Part shown: positions 1-9,812 of the stretch, in pieces | How the letters are laid out: each line of letters opens with the position of its first letter | How positions within the stretch are numbered: position 1 is the first letter of the stretch | Assembly (NCBI GenBank): GCA_963763775.1 | Contig: CAVXPZ010000003.1 | Location: 1-64,000 of the forward strand | Reading direction: 5' to 3' | Length of the DNA: 64,000 bases | Source of the DNA: an uncultured Chloroflexia bacterium | GTDB lineage: Bacteria; Chloroflexota; Limnocylindria; Limnocylindrales; CSP1-4 | Notes under the pieces: generated by a model | What the model was told of the DNA's origin: nothing | The model's input: only the letters and a program-made list of their open reading frames with translations | Databases searched by the model: none | Program-made: the position numbers and the translations under genes

Positions 1-15
1 CTGTCGGGCGCGCCA
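1..15 (+). tRNA. 3' end of a tRNA-Arg-type gene, or an att copy of it; truncated by the window edge
   Basis: CTGTCGGGCGCGCCA is a T-stem 3' strand plus acceptor stem plus CCA. The longer copy at 6706-6729 (GTTCGAATCCTGTCGGGCGCGCCA) matches the typical tRNA-Arg(CCG) 3' end. The anticodon is not visible. Confidence 0.6.
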
Positions 16-137
16 TTTCAACCTTTTCGGGCAGAGCCAGCGCCGATCCGTGCGCGTAGGCCGCATGGGTCAGCCGGACACCCACGATCACCGGGCCGGC
101 GACCGTGATCCGGTCGTAGATGGCGTGCATCAGATCG
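1..137 (-). pseudogene. Probable C-terminal remnant of a site-specific (serine-type) recombinase reading into the tRNA 3' end
   Basis: The minus strand reads DLMHAIYDRITVAGPVIVGVRLTHAAYAHGSALALPEKVEMARPT, where MARPT is the antisense of the tRNA end. The family assignment is from recall, not a search. Confidence 0.5.
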
Positions 138-153
138 CGCATCGTTCCGGCCG

Positions 154-878
154 TCATGCGGCAACCCGCACGTCCGCCACGCGCTCGTCGGCGATGATCC
201 GCCCGTCACGCATCCGGATGATCCGGTCGCAGGCGGCGCCAACCTCCTGGTCGTGCGTGACGATGAGCACGGTCTGCCCGCGCTCACGGTTGAAGCGACG
301 GAGCAGGCCCAGGACTTCCGCGGCCCGGGATGAATCTGCGGGTTGCCCGTCGGCTCATCACCGAGGATACAGCTTCGGGTCGTTCACGAGGGCACGGGCG
401 ATGGCCACGCGCTGCTGCTCGCCCCCGACAACTCCATCGGCCGGTGCCCCGCTCGCTCGGCAAGGCCGACCGATGCCAGCGAGGCGCGCGCAGCCACACG
501 GGCTGCCGAACCGGACGTCCCGGCATACTCGGCGGCGAGGGCCACGTTCTCCTCGGCGGTGAGCGTCGGGACCAGGTTGAAGGACTGGAACACGAAGCCC
601 ATCGATCGAGCCCGGATGGACGTTCGCTCGCCGTCCGAGAGGGTCGTCGCATCGACCCCATCGATGCGCAGGGTCGGGGCCGGGCCGTCGTCGGTATCCG
701 GCGCGTGGAGCAGCCCGAGCAGGTGCATGAGCGTGCTCTTGCCGGAGCCTGACGGCCCACTGATCGCCACCATCTCGCCGGCGGCGATGCTGACGTCGAC
801 ACCCTGCAGGGCATCGATGCTGGTCCGGCGCGACAGCCGGTAGGTCTTGCGCAGGTCGGTCGCTTCGATCAGGTTCAT
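154..878 (-). CDS. ABC transporter ATP-binding protein (LolD/MacB-like), frameshifted near 320-420
   Basis: Walker [23 protein letters not shown] signature, and C-terminal VTHDQEV in another frame. ATG at 878 with an AAGGAG RBS. Confidence 0.85.
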
Positions 879-907
879 CGTTCGCTCCTTCGTCGTTCGG
901 TCGTTGG

Positions 908-2067
908 TCATTCGTAGCGCAGGGCCGACACCGGGTCGAGCCGTGCGGCAGTCCAAGCCGGGATGATCCCGGCCACCATCCCGAGGATCGTGCTGAAGCC
1001 GACCGCGAACGCCGCGGTCTGTGCGGTGAGGTCGAAGAGGACGGTGCCGCTCGATCGGCCGGCCTCGTTGACCAGGACGACGACCGCAGCGCCCAGGCCG
1101 AGCCCGATCAGGCCGCCCAGCAGCCCGATGACCCCGGCCTCGGCGACGAGCTCGCGGACGATGCGTCGCCGGGAGCCGCCGATGGCCCGCCGGATGCCGA
1201 TCTCGCGGGTCCGCTCGGCCACGCTCATGGCCATCGTGTTGATCACCGACAGGCCGCCCACGATGAGGCTGATGGCGGCCACCCCGATGATGATCGCGTT
1301 GAGAGATCGACGGTCGTGGCGCCGACCGTCTTGGAGAACTCGGCGCCGGTCATGGTCGCGCTGTTCTCGACCGCGGCCTCGATCGCCGCGGCCACCGTCG
1401 TCGGGTCGGCACCGACTTCGGGGAAGACGACGATCTGGTTGGCCAGCTCGTCCGCCTGGAGCGACTCGGCGACGAGTGGGGGCAGGTCGCCCAGGTACAG
1501 CGCCTGGGCCGTCGAGAGCGGGATGAAGCCGTTCGTGTCGGGCGAGCTGAGGGTGGGTTGCAGGGTCCCAAGGACCTCGAAGGACTCGCCTCGGATGTCG
1601 ACCGTCCCGCCGGCGACGACGCCGTACTTGCGGGCGATGGTCGACCCCAGGACCACGACGTTGCCGGTGTCCTCGGCGATGAGCTGGCGTCCCGTGGCCA
1701 GCTCGGGTGTGAACGTCTCGAACCCGGCGTCGGCGCCCGGGATGGTCCCGACCAGGAAGTCCGGCGCGCCGAACCCGATAGCGGGATCGGGGTCCCACGG
1801 GATCTCGACCTTGGGCTGGACGGCACCGACGCCGTCGAGGCCGGCGATGATCTCGACGTCGTCGAGGCGCATCGGCGACGAGCCGAAGGCCACGCCGTCG
1901 GTGACGACGATCTTGTCGGCGAAGTATTCGCTGCCCATGCCGACGAGGCCGTTGATCTGGTTGGCCAGCGAACTGAACACCACGAGTGCCCAGATGCCGA
2001 TGGTGATGCCGGTGATGGTCAGGCTCGTGCGCAGCTTGCGCCGCGAGAGCTCTCGGAGGATTCGCAT
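908..2067 (-). CDS. ABC transporter permease (MacB/FtsX family), frameshift near 1305
   Basis: N-terminus RRKLRTSLTITGITIGI; C-terminus SVAERTREIGIRRAIG...AARLDPVSALRYE, split across two frames. Confidence 0.85.
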
Positions 2068-2069
2068 GA

Positions 2070-2726
2070 CTACCCTGCTTTCAGGCTGAAGGGGGGATAG
2101 CGGTCGGTCACGAGCAGGAACGCGTAGGCGTTCACGCGCAGGCTCCACCGCCCGACGCCGACCACGTAGTCGAAGAGCGGCTGGGGATAACGCCCGGTCA
2201 TGAGGATCGCGAACCAGGCGATCACGATGGCGAGGGCCGCTCCGATGATCAGGACGATCAGCGCGACGTAATGGGGGATCGCCAGGAACCATTTGACCAG
2301 TGGAAGCCAGCGGTTCAGGTCGCGATCGACCTCTGGATACTCGATCTCGAGGTGCACCGATTGCTCCTCGACAGTGGACGGATATCGGTCCGTGAGCAGG
2401 GCCACGTAGGCACCGACGCGGGCGCCGAAGCGGGTCAGCTCCCGTGCGAAGTCGAACCACCAGCGCGGGTAGCGCATGCGGATGACGATCATCAGCGCCG
2501 TGGCGAAAGCCAAGCCAGCGAGCAGTCCACCGCCGGCTCCGACGATGTGCTCACCGGCTGCGGTGACCATCATCTGGGTCCCGCTCCCCGTGATCACTTC
2601 GAGCACGATGGCGATCGGTATGACCCAGATCAGGCGAAAGAAGGTCGTGACCCGATCAAGGCGTTCGGGGTAGTCAATGGTCAGACGAGCCGCGTACGGC
2701 CCCACTGGCATCGCTGGCGCCGTCAC
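2070..2726 (-). CDS. DUF4389-type membrane protein
   Basis: Two internal repeats ending LLTDRYPS and LLVTDRYPPF; LNRWLPLVKWFLAIPH. Confidence 0.8.
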   Translation of the reverse strand: MTAPAMPVGPYAARLTIDYPERLDRVTTFFRLIWVIPIAIVLEVITGSGTQMMVTAAGEHIVGAGGGLLAGLAFATALMIVIRMRYPRWWFDFARELTRFGARVGAYVALLTDRYPSTVEEQSVHLEIEYPEVDRDLNRWLPLVKWFLAIPHYVALIVLIIGAALAIVIAWFAILMTGRYPQPLFDYVVGVGRWSLRVNAYAFLLVTDRYPPFSLKAG

Positions 2727-3751
2727 GACGCCACACTCGCCGGCGTCAGCGCGGCCAGCTCGCCGCGGTCGCTGATGCTGATGATGACCTTGCCCCGGGC
2801 ACGTCCGAGTTCCAGGTAGCGGATCGCCTCGGCTGCTTGGTCGAGGCGGTAGGTCCGGTCGATGACCGGCACGATCTTTCCGTCGTCTGTCAGCTGCGCA
2901 AGGACGAGCAGGTCGGCACTGCTCGGAGCGGTCGTGAACGAGACGATCCTGTGACTCGTGAACCGCGTCAGCACGACGGCAGCCAGGATGTGACCGAACG
3001 GCCCCACCCAGCGGTTGGTACCGACGTATGACAGCAACAGCGTGCCCGTCGCGGTCAGCGCGCGTCGTCGAGCCGACAGTGAGTGGTTGCCGACAAGGTC
3101 CAGGATGACGTCATACCGACTGGCTGACTCCGTGAAGTCCTCGCTGGTGTAGTCGATGACGTGGTCGGCGCCGAGTGATCGAACCATCTCGACGTTCGGG
3201 CCGCTGGTCACGGCCGTCACCTCGGCGCCCAGGACCTTGGCGATCTGCACCGCATAGGTGCCGACGCCGCCCGAGGCCCCATTGATCAGAACCCGCTGCC
3301 CGGGCTGGACCTGTCCGGCATCGCGAAGCCCCTGGAGTGCGGTGAGCGCGGCCAGCGGCATCGCGGCGGCCTGTTGGAAGGTGAGGCTCGACGGCTTGGC
3401 CGCCAGCGCGGTGTCCGGCGCCGCGACGTACTCCGCGATCGCGCCGGGGACGCTCCCGTATACCTCGTCGCCGGGGCGGAAGGCGGTCACCAGACTGCCT
3501 ACCGCCGCCACACGACCGGCGAGGTCCGTGCCCGCGACGGCAAACTGGGGTCGACGCGGGCTAAAGCCGAGTCCGGAGCCCACGGCGCGCATCAGATAGG
3601 GGCGGCCGCGCAGGATGAGCCGGTCGGCGGTGTTGACCGACGCGGCATGCACGCGCACCAGCACGTCGTGGTCGCCGATCGTGGGCTGGTCGATGTCGCG
3701 CAGCTGCAGGTCATCGGGTGAGCCATAGGTTGGTTGAACGATTGCCTTCAT
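2723..3751 (-). CDS. NAD(P)-dependent medium-chain alcohol dehydrogenase / quinone reductase-like
   Basis: VHAASVN, GTDLAGRV, VLINGASGGVG, GRARGKVII. Confidence 0.9.
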   Translation of the reverse strand: MKAIVQPTYGSPDDLQLRDIDQPTIGDHDVLVRVHAASVNTADRLILRGRPYLMRAVGSGLGFSPRRPQFAVAGTDLAGRVAAVGSLVTAFRPGDEVYGSVPGAIAEYVAAPDTALAAKPSSLTFQQAAAMPLAALTALQGLRDAGQVQPGQRVLINGASGGVGTYAVQIAKVLGAEVTAVTSGPNVEMVRSLGADHVIDYTSEDFTESASRYDVILDLVGNHSLSARRRALTATGTLLLSYVGTNRWVGPFGHILAAVVLTRFTSHRIVSFTTAPSSADLLVLAQLTDDGKIVPVIDRTYRLDQAAEAIRYLELGRARGKVIISISDRGELAALTPASVAS

Positions 3752-3766
3752 GGTGGTCTCCTGCTA

Positions 3767-3817
3767 ATGTACGGCGTACATCGCCAATACGGCGTACATT
3801 AGATGTACAGCGTACAT
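3767..3817. promoter_or_regulatory. Three tandem palindromic TetR-type operators with an 18-bp period
   Basis: ATGTACGGCGTACAT (3767), CAATACGGCGTACAT (3785) and ATGTACAGCGTACAT (3803) lie in the divergent gap between the dehydrogenase and TetR. Confidence 0.8.
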
Positions 3818-3843
3818 ACGTCAATACCCAGGTTCCGAGAGGG

Positions 3844-4551
3844 ATGCCAATGTCTGTCAAGCAACGATCGAGGGCCAGACGACGAGTCCCACTCAGCCGG
3901 CAGCGAGTGCTCCGAACGGCCATCAAGCTCGCTGATGATGGCGGGATCGAGTCGCTCAGCATGCGGAACGTCGCCCAGGAGCTGGGGGTATACCCCATGG
4001 CGCTCTACAACCACTTCGCGAACAAGGACGATCTGCTCGACGCGATGGTCGACGTGATGTACGAGGAGATCGACGTCACCGCCGGAGGGTCAGACTGGAA
4101 AGGGGCGATGCGTCAGCAAGCCAACTCGATCCGCGAAGTGCTCGCGCGTCACCGCTGGGCGCTGGGGGTGATCCAGTCTCGCGTCCATCCAGGCCCGGGC
4201 AACATGCGATACCACGACATGGTGTTACGGGCGTTGCGGCAGGCTGGCTTCTCCGTCGCGATGGCCGTTCACGCCTTCACCCTGCTCGACAGCTTCATCT
4301 TCGGCTTCGCGCTGCAAGAGCAGACCCTGCCCTTCGAAAGCACGGACCAGGTCGACAAGTTGGCGATCGAGATCCTCAGCCAGTTCCCCGCTGACGACTA
4401 TCCCTACCTCGCCGAGTCCGTTGCCGAGCACGTGGGCAAGGCCGGCTACGACTTCGCCAGCGAGTTCGACTTCGGTCTCGATCTGATCCTCGCCGGTCTG
4501 GACAGCCTCCGGGCGTCGCCCGACCGTGCCGATCCCATCGGCACGGCCTGA
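3844..4551 (+). CDS. TetR family regulator with TetR_C domain
   Basis: LSMRNVAQELGVYPMALYNHFANKDDL HTH; C-terminal EFDFGLDLILAGL. Confidence 0.9.
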   Translation: MPMSVKQRSRARRRVPLSRQRVLRTAIKLADDGGIESLSMRNVAQELGVYPMALYNHFANKDDLLDAMVDVMYEEIDVTAGGSDWKGAMRQQANSIREVLARHRWALGVIQSRVHPGPGNMRYHDMVLRALRQAGFSVAMAVHAFTLLDSFIFGFALQEQTLPFESTDQVDKLAIEILSQFPADDYPYLAESVAEHVGKAGYDFASEFDFGLDLILAGLDSLRASPDRADPIGTA

Positions 4552-4643
4552 CTGCGGAGCGAGAGTGGTTGGCGCATAGTCCGGCTTGAGCGAGCGATGG
4601 GCACTCGGGGTCGCGCGCGGGGGCTCAGCCTGCATTCAAGAGA

Positions 4644-4892
4644 TCACGCTGGCTCCAGGCTCGGGACGACGAGCCAACCAAGGGCGCGGCCCGAATGGAT
4701 CAGCTGCTCGGTCGTCAGTCCCGACCGCGCTCGTCGGTCGGCGAGGTGCCGCTTGACGGTGCTGGGCCTGATACCCACGAGTTCGGCCGCGTCGTGGACC
4801 GACCCGCCGGCGGCGACGTAGGCGGCAAGCACGTCCATCTGGCGCCGCGTCGCCTGCGGCGGAAGCACCCCGCGCTGGTACCCGTCCCTCAT
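4644..4892 (-). CDS. Small LuxR/sigma-r4-like HTH protein, element-associated
   Basis: DAAELVGIRPSTVKRHLA helix-turn-helix; related sequences at 38459 and about 40190. Confidence 0.65.
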   Translation of the reverse strand: MRDGYQRGVLPPQATRRQMDVLAAYVAAGGSVHDAAELVGIRPSTVKRHLADRRARSGLTTEQLIHSGRALGWLVVPSLEPA

Positions 4893-5302
4893 GCCGGCCG
4901 CCTAGCCGCCGCGGTGATCCGAAGCGTTCCATCGGTTCCGTTGATCTCCCACGGGAAGCTGAGAACGGCGCGGTGCCCATCCGGCGATTGCTTGATTCTG
5001 TTGGCCCGATCCCGATCCGGCTCGGTACCGGGTGGCTTCCCCGAGGGCTGTGCCGACCGAAGGTGCCGCACCGGCTCATCGTCCATCTCCGATCCGGAGT
5101 TGCGGAGCCTCCTCGCCCTCGCCGACGAGCTCGAGCGGGCGCTTGCCCTGTCCTCCTCGACTCCGGTCTCCCTATCCGAGCAGCGTCAGAGAGCGTTCAA
5201 ATGGGGTTGGCAAATTCGCGGTCCGAAGATTCTGGCTGCTAGCCTGAGTGGCAAGACTCAGGGTTACCGAGACTCGGGCGCGTAGATTTCGGGAGGTGGT
5301 CG

Positions 5303-5767
5303 ATGGCTGATCTGAGTAACCGCGCGGTAGTGGAGCGCTACCTACGCGCCATACCCGCCGATTACGAGACGCTCGCGCAGTTGCGCCATCCGGACTTCAT
5401 TGAGGAGTGGCCCCAGAGTGGTGAGCGTCTCCGGGGCCACGACGCCCATCGACAGATCCACGAAAACTACCCCGGCGGTACCCCCCGACCGAACCCGATC
5501 GGTATCGTGGGGGCGCCGGACCAGTGGGTCGTGACACCGAGTTTTACGGTCCTCGGCATCGCTGGCAGCGGTGACGAATTCACAACGGTCGGCTTCGGAT
5601 CGTATCCTGACGGAAGCACCGCGTACGTCGTGTCAATCCTTCGCCTGGCCAACGGGAAAGTCGCAAAGGCCACGACGTTCTTCGCCGCACCGTTCGAGCC
5701 ACCCGCCTGGCGGGCGCGCTGGATCGAGCGGATGTCCGATGTCGAGCGACATCGGTTGCAGAAATGA
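5303..5767 (+). CDS. NTF2/SnoaL-like protein
   Basis: HPDFIEEWPQSGERLRG...FAAPFEPPAWRARW; GGAGG RBS. Confidence 0.8.
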   Translation: MADLSNRAVVERYLRAIPADYETLAQLRHPDFIEEWPQSGERLRGHDAHRQIHENYPGGTPRPNPIGIVGAPDQWVVTPSFTVLGIAGSGDEFTTVGFGSYPDGSTAYVVSILRLANGKVAKATTFFAAPFEPPAWRARWIERMSDVERHRLQK

Positions 5768-6219
5768 GCGCGCCACGCGTTCGGGTGATCCATGCGGATG
5801 AAGGCGAGCTCTTCGACTTCCGTGGCGCTCAGATCCGGCGGAAGGTCTCCGCGGCGGAGGCTATGGGTCGCTGGACCCTAACTGTCGGGACGCAACCGCC
5901 GGACTTCGAGAACTCGCCGCACGTTCATCACCACGAGCCGGAGGTGTTCTTCATCCTGGAAGGTGACTATCAGTTCCACACGGCCGAGGGCGACGTTCCT
6001 GTCGGTCCCGGTTCGCTCGTCTACATCCCGCCTGGGGCACTCCACGGCTTTCGCACAGGGCCCGCCGGGGGTCAGCTGATCGCAATTTCGCCGGCGGCAT
6101 TCGACGGATACTTCGAGGACATGCGGCGCCTGCTATCGGCCGGAACGGATACGCCAGAAGCTATGGCATCGGTGGCGCGCGCGCACGACATGGACGCCTA
6201 TCCATCCGGAGGAGGGTAG
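5764..6219 (+). CDS. Cupin domain protein
   Basis: PHVHHHEPEVFFILEG...IPPGALHGF cupin motifs; ATGA overlap with the upstream gene. Confidence 0.85.
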   Translation: MSAPRVRVIHADEGELFDFRGAQIRRKVSAAEAMGRWTLTVGTQPPDFENSPHVHHHEPEVFFILEGDYQFHTAEGDVPVGPGSLVYIPPGALHGFRTGPAGGQLIAISPAAFDGYFEDMRRLLSAGTDTPEAMASVARAHDMDAYPSGGG

Positions 6220-6268
6220 GCACCCAGCACCAGCGTGACTCCTAGGGCCACGGCCTGAGGCGACACTC

Positions 6269-6350
6269 GCGCACCTCGCCGACCACGTCCTCCTCTTCCT
6301 CAACAAGGTGACCGAGTTCTGTCGTGAAGTTCTCGAGCCCTCCGGCGACC
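6269..6350 (+). pseudogene. Degenerate internal fragment of comM/YifB (Mg-chelatase-like ATPase)
   Basis: Reads AHLADHVLLFLNKVTEFCREVLE then (fs) ALRRP, compared with the YifB Walker-B region LAHxGVLFLDELPEFxRxVLEALRQP. Confidence 0.5.
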
Positions 6351-6621
6351 GGTCGACGTCGGCATGCGGTCCGGGAAGACAACAACTGGCAGCCTTCCAT
6401 GCTGGAGGCGTCCGTGCATGCTGCTCGCGCGACCGTCAGCGTCGCCGCTGCCGTCGCGCCCGGCGAGTCCCGGTGACCCCCTCGTGGCAAGCTGACTACG
6501 TTTGCGACAGGTCACCAGACTCGGTGAGATTCGGGGTAGAAATCGGTCGATCTTGTGCTCACGACCAGTTAGCGATCGCGAACATCGGTCGCCCTAACTC
6601 TGGATCAGGCGAACTGGGGCC

Positions 6622-6730
6622 CTATGCGCTGTCCTGATCAGCGACGCGCCACTCTCCGGCTCCCTCGATCGGAACCAACTTGAATCCCGGGGTGGGTACC
6701 CGACCGTTCGAATCCTGTCGGGCGCGCCAT
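6622..6730 (-). repeat. Distal att copy (24-bp tRNA 3' end at 6706-6729) followed by a recombinase-tail-like peptide
   Basis: The minus strand reads MARPTGFERSGT, then after a 1-bp shift PGFKLVPIEGAGEWRVADQDSA*. Confidence 0.6.
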
Positions 6731-6803
6731 CCCAACACTGGGGCCAGAGCACATCGGTCACTCGACCGATTGAGGCGCGCTTGACGTGCCATACACTCCG
6801 CGC

Positions 6804-9701
6804 ATGTCGCAGGTCGAGTCGCTGCTCTCGCCCGTGATCGTCGGTCGTGACGATCTCGTGGACCTCGCCCAGCGGCGGCTCGACGAAGTCCGCGGCGGGA
6901 GAGGCCACTTCCTCCTGGCCTCAGGTGAGGCCGGCATCGGGAAGACACGGTTCCTCGGCGCGGTCGGCAGCCTGGCAGCCGGGCGCGGGTTCCGCGTCGC
7001 GAAGGCCGAGCTGGCTCCTCAGGACCGCGATATCCTCGCCGCCTCGTTCCTCGACCTGGGCCGGGCGATGCGCCGCGATCCCGCATTCGGAACGACCGGA
7101 CGTGAGCTCCTCGACGTCCTCGGTTCGCGCCTGAACGCGTCCATCCCGCGCCGGCGTGACCTCGTCATGGAGGTCGTGGATCTCCTCGCGACGGATGTGC
7201 CCACGGTGCTGGCGTTCGAGGACCTCCAGTGGGCCGACGACCTCAGCCTGGAGACCCTGACCGAGCTGGTCCGCCAGTCGCGTGACCGGCCGCTGCTGCT
7301 CGTCGGGGCCTACCGGAGCAACGAGGCCCTCACCGGGGTCGTCCTTCGGGAGTGGCGATCGCGACTCGTCACGCAGCGGCTCGCCGAGGAGATCCGCCTG
7401 GGTCGACTGACCCGAGACGAGACGGCGCTCATGACCACGCTGATCCTCGGGACCGGACTGCCGGCGCCGCGCGACGTCGTTGACGCCGTCTACGCACGCA
7501 CGGACGGGGTCCCGCTCTACATCGAGGAACTGTGCAATGCGCTCGGCCGAGAGCGGCTCGCTGACAGCCGGGCTGTCCTGGACGCGGCGGTGCCGGAGAC
7601 GCTGGAGGACGCGACGCTGGCGCGGATCGGTCGCCTGTCGTCCGAAGCCCAGGCCGTGGCACGGGCTGGCGCCGTCATCGGCCGCTCGTTCGTGCCGAGC
7701 GTCCTGGCCGGCGTGATGAACCTGCCGGTCGAGTCGCTCGACGACCCGATCCAGGAGTTGGTGGATCACGACGTGCTGGATCCGACCCCCCGAACCGGGC
7801 AGTACGACTTCCGTCACCAGCTGCTTCGGGACGCGCTGTATCGATCGGTGCCCGCCGGCGACCGGCGGCGGTTCCATGCCCGGGCAGCCGAGTTCGGCGG
7901 CGTGCTGGAGGGCGCTTCGGACACCCACGCGTCCATGCACTTCGAGCGGGCGGGCATGACCGAGGAGGCGTACCGCACAGCCCTCGAAGCGGCGAGGCAG
8001 GCGATGAACCTGTCGTCCCATCGCGAGGCCTTCGAGCTGTGTCGCCGCGCGATCGAGAACATGCCGGCGTCGCTCCCTGACGACGAGAAGGTGATGGTCC
8101 TCCTCCTGTTCTCGGATGCGGCCGGCAACACGGATCGCAATGCCCTGATGGCCGACTTCGCGACTCGAGCGCGGGAACTCGCCCTGCGCACCGGCCATCC
8201 CTTCGGCGCGATCGAGGGGCTGGGCAATCTGACCATCGCCGCGCGGCGCGAAGGGCAGCCCGTCACCGTCCGGCGCGATCTCGCGCGCCGCGTCCTCAGC
8301 GAGGTCGACGCAGCGCCGGCGGACCCGATGCGGGATGTCTTCCACATCCACGGCCTGCATCTCCTCGCGCTGGTCGAGATGGACGCGTGCCGCTTCGCCG
8401 AAGCTCGCGCGCTGCTCTCCGAGGCTCGTGAGATCGCGAGGCAGACGCCCGACGGCGCCCAGCTGCAGTCGTTGGACCATGCCATCGCCCAGCTCGACAT
8501 CATCGATGGTCGCGTCGCCGAGGGACTGGGGTCCATCCGGGCCATCGGCGAGACCCTCCGGGCGAACGGGCAGGAAGACAGCGCGGTCAATTGCTATGAG
8601 CATGTCGCGATGTTCGCCATGCGGGCGTTGGATTTCCGCGAGGCAAGCGTCGGGCTCGCCGAGGGGCTCCGGTACGCCGAGTCGGTGGAGCAGACGTCCT
8701 GCGGACACTTCCTGCAGTCATCCGAGGCCCTCATCTCATGGGCGGACGGGAACTGGGACGACGCCCTCCGACAGGGCGGCCAGTCGCTCAGCGACCCGGG
8801 CTGGAGTGGCGCGCACGCGATGGCCCGTTGGGCGCTGGGGTACGTCAGCGCCTCGCGTGGCCTGCGTGCGGAGGCGGAAGAGCATCTCCTTCCGGCCGTG
8901 GCCTTTGGCCGTCATGCCGAACGCCTGGACCTGCTCCTGCCAGCCCAGTGGGGCCTCGCCGAGGCGGCGCTGCATGCCGGCGACCCCGAAGGCGCCGCGC
9001 AGCTCTGCGATGACGCGCTCCGGCTGGCCCGCGAGCAGGGTGAATGGACGTTCATCGCTCCGTTCGCCGTGACCGGTGTCCGCGCCCATCAGGCGGCGGG
9101 TCGGCCCGACGCTGCCGCCCGATTCCTCGAGCAATTCAATCGCGCGATCGGCCCGGGAGCTGGGATCGCGCGTCCGTCGATCGTCCACGCGGAGGGTCTC
9201 ATCCATCTCGGGAATGGCTCGATCACGGCCGCGCGCGAGGCGCTGAGCGAGGCGATCCAGCTGTGGGACGGGCGTGGTCGCCGCTGGGAGGGCCTCTGGG
9301 CGCGGCTGGACCTTGCCGCCGCCGACCTCCGCGCCAATCGCTATGCCGAAGCGATGTCCCTCGTCCGCGAGGTCCGCGACGCGGCCGCGGCCATGGGCAG
9401 CGACCCGCTGCTAACGCGCGCCGCGCAGATCGAGCGCGCGGCGAAGGGCCGCGGCGCGGAGGTGGAGCCCTGGCACCCGCTGACGGTCCGCGAGTTCGAG
9501 GTCGCCCGGCTCATCGCCGCAGGGAAGACCAACGCCGAGCTGGCCGACGAGCTCTCGATCTCGCCGAAGACGGCGAGCGCCCACGTCGAGCACATCCTGG
9601 CCAAGCTCGGCGTCGCGCGTCGCACCGAGATCGCGGCCTGGGCGAGCACGATCACCGGGCCCTCGAGCCCGGCAGCCGTGGAAGACGCACTCCGGCGCTG
9701 A
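6804..9701 (+). CDS. AAA ATPase + TPR-like + LuxR HTH transcriptional regulator (STAND/MalT-like)
   Basis: SGEAGIGKT Walker A, FEDLQWAD Walker B, C-terminal PLTVREFEVARLIAAGKTNAELADELSISPKTASAHV. TACACT lies 6 nt before ATG 6804. Confidence 0.9.
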   Translation: MSQVESLLSPVIVGRDDLVDLAQRRLDEVRGGRGHFLLASGEAGIGKTRFLGAVGSLAAGRGFRVAKAELAPQDRDILAASFLDLGRAMRRDPAFGTTGRELLDVLGSRLNASIPRRRDLVMEVVDLLATDVPTVLAFEDLQWADDLSLETLTELVRQSRDRPLLLVGAYRSNEALTGVVLREWRSRLVTQRLAEEIRLGRLTRDETALMTTLILGTGLPAPRDVVDAVYARTDGVPLYIEELCNALGRERLADSRAVLDAAVPETLEDATLARIGRLSSEAQAVARAGAVIGRSFVPSVLAGVMNLPVESLDDPIQELVDHDVLDPTPRTGQYDFRHQLLRDALYRSVPAGDRRRFHARAAEFGGVLEGASDTHASMHFERAGMTEEAYRTALEAARQAMNLSSHREAFELCRRAIENMPASLPDDEKVMVLLLFSDAAGNTDRNALMADFATRARELALRTGHPFGAIEGLGNLTIAARREGQPVTVRRDLARRVLSEVDAAPADPMRDVFHIHGLHLLALVEMDACRFAEARALLSEAREIARQTPDGAQLQSLDHAIAQLDIIDGRVAEGLGSIRAIGETLRANGQEDSAVNCYEHVAMFAMRALDFREASVGLAEGLRYAESVEQTSCGHFLQSSEALISWADGNWDDALRQGGQSLSDPGWSGAHAMARWALGYVSASRGLRAEAEEHLLPAVAFGRHAERLDLLLPAQWGLAEAALHAGDPEGAAQLCDDALRLAREQGEWTFIAPFAVTGVRAHQAAGRPDAAARFLEQFNRAIGPGAGIARPSIVHAEGLIHLGNGSITAAREALSEAIQLWDGRGRRWEGLWARLDLAAADLRANRYAEAMSLVREVRDAAAAMGSDPLLTRAAQIERAAKGRGAEVEPWHPLTVREFEVARLIAAGKTNAELADELSISPKTASAHVEHILAKLGVARRTEIAAWASTITGPSSPAAVEDALRR

Positions 9702-9768
9702 CCGCGCCAGCCTGGCGGACAGCCATCTCGCCTGCTTGCATTCCCGGTGGCCAGGAAGTTGGACCTCC

Positions 9769-9812
9769 TTGACGCCAGCGTCGGGCCCGAATAAGGTTAA
9801 CCATATGGTGAA
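9769..9812 (+). promoter_or_regulatory. Sigma70 promoter and overlapping ArsR operator
   Basis: TTGACG-17 bp-TAAGGT; near-palindrome TTAACCATATGGTGAA covers ATG 9805. Confidence 0.65.

Larger units (their letters stand above)
1..6730. mobile_element. Degenerate tRNA-Arg-integrated island bounded by 16-bp direct repeats
   Basis: CTGTCGGGCGCGCCAT is identical at 1-16 and 6715-6730. Recombinase-like stubs lie at both ends, with accessory cargo between. Confidence 0.65.

Noticed and set aside
5078-5285. Possible small gene (…DPELRSLLALADELERAL…)
   Set aside because: No convincing start or family motif; may be a remnant but cannot be supported.
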